A model generated the notes under the pieces. The model did not search any database and was not told where the DNA came from. It saw only the letters and a list, made by a program, of their open reading frames with translations. A DNA stretch of 63,972 nucleotides, filler included, from Reticulomyxa filosa (taxonomy: Eukaryota; Protista; Foraminifera), in NCBI GenBank assembly GCA_000512085.1. It is 19 parts of 19 records of this genome, joined end to end, with 100 filler letters (N's around TTAATTAATTAA, not from the genome) between each part and the next. Parts side by side here need not be neighbours in the genome. Positions count along the whole stretch, not along the records: positions 61,599 to 63,972 come from ASPP01016384.1; 18 more parts are not named here. One strand, given 5' to 3'. Both the position numbers and the translations under genes were made by a program. Positions 61,657 to 63,972 of this stretch are shown one piece after another. Numbering within the stretch: position 1 is the first letter of the stretch; every line of letters begins with the position of its first letter.

Positions 61657-63814
61657 TTGGCAATGTTGAACGATGACGAGGTCTTCCATTGGGAAAGGGA
61701 TGTCAGTGGGATCCATGGATTCGTTCAAGCCACAAGTCATTCCTGTTTTGCTGACAAACCCAAATTGTTTATCAAAATTGTCCATTCCAAGGCAGCGCTT
61801 CGTCATGTGTCCAATCTAATGCCATCCGCTCCTCTTAGCTTCCAAAAAACCAAGCCCCATGCGATTGCAAGTGCTAGTGTCGACAGAGTCTCGCTGCACT
61901 CGTCGTCATCGTCATCGTTATTGCCATTGCCATCGTCGTCGTCGTCGTCGTCGTCGTTATCACCATCGTCGTCGTCGTCGGCCATCATGGCCAGATCTGT
62001 GTGATCAATGCCTTTGATATGTCCAACACCTTTGCCCAATACTTTTGTGACGCGATGCGACAGAATGCCATGGCCATTGTCGACGTCAATGCGAACACTA
62101 ACATTGATAATAACATTGACATTGACACTGAACGCATGACAGCGCCATCATCGCCTTTGCTCACGTTCCATCAGATCATGCAAGACTTGTCCGGTGCCAT
62201 CTTCCAAGCATCGCTGGGCAAGCAGTTTGTGCAAATGGTGTCGACAACTTGCGAGAGCTTGACCTTTTATCCAAAGTCACGACATGCCAATCCAAGTGAA
62301 AATAAAAATGAAAAACAAAAGTGAAAATAAAAATGAATAAAAATGAGCATGATCATGAAACTGCAGTTGGTAATACTTTGCAAACTACTTTGTCTTCGAA
62401 TGATAGACCTTGTCAAGAGACCCTTTTGATCGACCTCGACAGACCAATCGGCAACGACAATAACGACAATAACGACGACGACGAGCGTCAAAAGACTATT
62501 CACTTGTATGAAGAGGCATTGCGGAAATATGACAATGGCAACAACAACAACAGCAGCAGCAATGACGACGACGACGACGACGACGACGAAGACAAGAACT
62601 GGGATGAAAAAGAGAAGAATGCATTGGAAATGGCCAAGATATACAACAATTTAGGTGTGATGTACGAGGAAGTAGGCCAATTCGAGCTGGCCATTGCATG
62701 CCATTGCAAGACACTGGAGCTACGTATGAAACACTTGGGGCCCGACACTTTGGACGTGGCCAGCGCTTACAACAACTTGGGAGTGGACTACGAGCGCAAA
62801 GGCGAAGTGGGAAAGGCCGTCGAGTGTCACGAAAAGGCGCTGCAAATCCGGACAAAGTTGCTGGGCGCGGACCATTTGGAAGTGGCCAAAGTATACATCA
62901 ATTTGAGCGTCGATTATGCGAGCGAGGATCAATGGAACAAGGCCATTGAGTGTGGAGAAAAGGCATTGCAAATTCGGGTCAAAGCACTTGGGTCGAATCA
63001 TTTGGACGTCGCGCAGGTATATAATAAACTAGGTATTGATTGTGCGAAGAAAGGAAACACGGAAAAAGCCATTTACTATCACGAAAAGTGCTTGCAAATT
63101 CGACGCCACATTCTTGGGTTGTATCACGCTGATGTGGCGCAGACGTTCTTACATTTGGGATTGCTGTTTCGCAAAAGCAAAGAAAAGTTTTACAAAAGCA
63201 TTGACTATCTCGAAAAGGTGCTGAAAATTCGACTCCGTCTTTTTGGAAAAGACCACTTGGAAGTCGCCGATATCTATGCCACTCTTGGCCATGCCTATTG
63301 CGAAAAAGGCAAGTGGAAGAAGGGCATTCAGTATCGCGAAAAAGGTCTGCTCATTCAATCTCAATCGCCGCAGCGTGATCCTTTGCAGGTTGCTGATGCC
63401 TTCAACGACTTGGCTATTGTCTGTGAAAAAACCGGACAGGTAGATAAGGCCATCCAGTTCTTTGAAAAGTCACTCAAACTAAAAGTCGAGTCTCTTGGCC
63501 CATCTCATTTGGATGTGGCCACTATCTATAGCAACTTAGGCTATGCTTATGCCACGAAAAAACTTCTGGACAAAGCTATTCAGTTCCACGAAAAGGCACT
63601 TGAAATCAAACGTAATGTGTTAGGAAATAATCACTTGGAAGTTGCAAATGCTTACTTCAATTTAGGGACCACTTATGAAAAACACAAAAATATTCCAAAG
63701 GCCATTGACTGCCACGAACAAACTGTCCGAATTTGGAAAACTGCTTTGGGTGAGTCACATCCCTATACACAAACTGTCTTGTCCAAACTCAAAGCTTTGA
63801 AACAGCGCTTATAA
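61657..63814 (+). CDS. TPR protein with tandem 42-aa kinesin-light-chain/nephrocystin-3-type repeats
   Basis: ORF 62321-63814 carries about nine repeats of VA..Y.NLG..Y...G...KAI..HEKAL.IR...LG..HL. Upstream ORFs 61657-62004 and 62001-62324 are probably the same gene split by slips. Confidence 0.88.
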
Positions 63815-63972
63815 AATTCGTTCGTCATCATTTGACTTTTATTTTTGTTTTTTGACATCCTTATCCTTGATTATTCGAAGGAAACAAAATAAACATTATC
63901 GGGGTCTTATTTTAATGATTATGTGTGCTACAGGATAAACTATAATTTTTCGTTGTTTTTTTTTTTTTTTTT

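Noticed and set aside
1-63972. rRNA, tRNA or CRISPR arrays; alternative genetic code
   Set aside because: None recognised by eye. TAA, TAG and TGA all terminate genes normally, and the internal stops I traced in conserved genes are explained by introns or slips.

Overview
This window is not one locus. It is 19 short contigs joined by an artificial spacer (N-run, TTAATTAATTAA, N-run), and they come from at least three genomes. (1) Most contigs are from an AT-rich, intron-containing protist. The gene-family mix (TRAF-zinc finger, Kelch, WD40, 42-aa TPR, divergent G-alpha) and the microsatellite-filled introns resemble the foraminiferan Reticulomyxa; this assignment is inferred and was not searched. 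Genes include an ankyrin/RG-rich protein, a TRAF-ZnF/glycine-rich fusion, a Kelch protein, two kinesins, an F-box-like/SET methyltransferase, a GH35 beta-galactosidase with a ricin-type insert, a G-alpha, an FtsJ/RlmM-like methyltransferase, an ArfGAP, PP4R3/SMEK, a multi-pass membrane protein, a coiled-coil/WD40 protein, a TPR protein and a dead non-LTR ORF1. (2) A GC-rich alphaproteobacterial-type fragment lies at 10623-12302. (3) A low-GC bacterial contig at 22781-33015 is a compact defence island: DUF2971, type I RM hsdM-rhuM-hsdS-hsdR with five 12-bp repeats in hsdS, an HNH remnant absent from the ORF track, and DUF4238. Single-base slips in homopolymer runs break many genes in both the protist and the bacterial contigs and are most likely sequencing errors. 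The two best leads are the defence island and a recurring protist intron architecture: U-rich 5' ends, A-rich 3' ends instead of a polypyrimidine tract, and self-complementary microsatellite hairpins.
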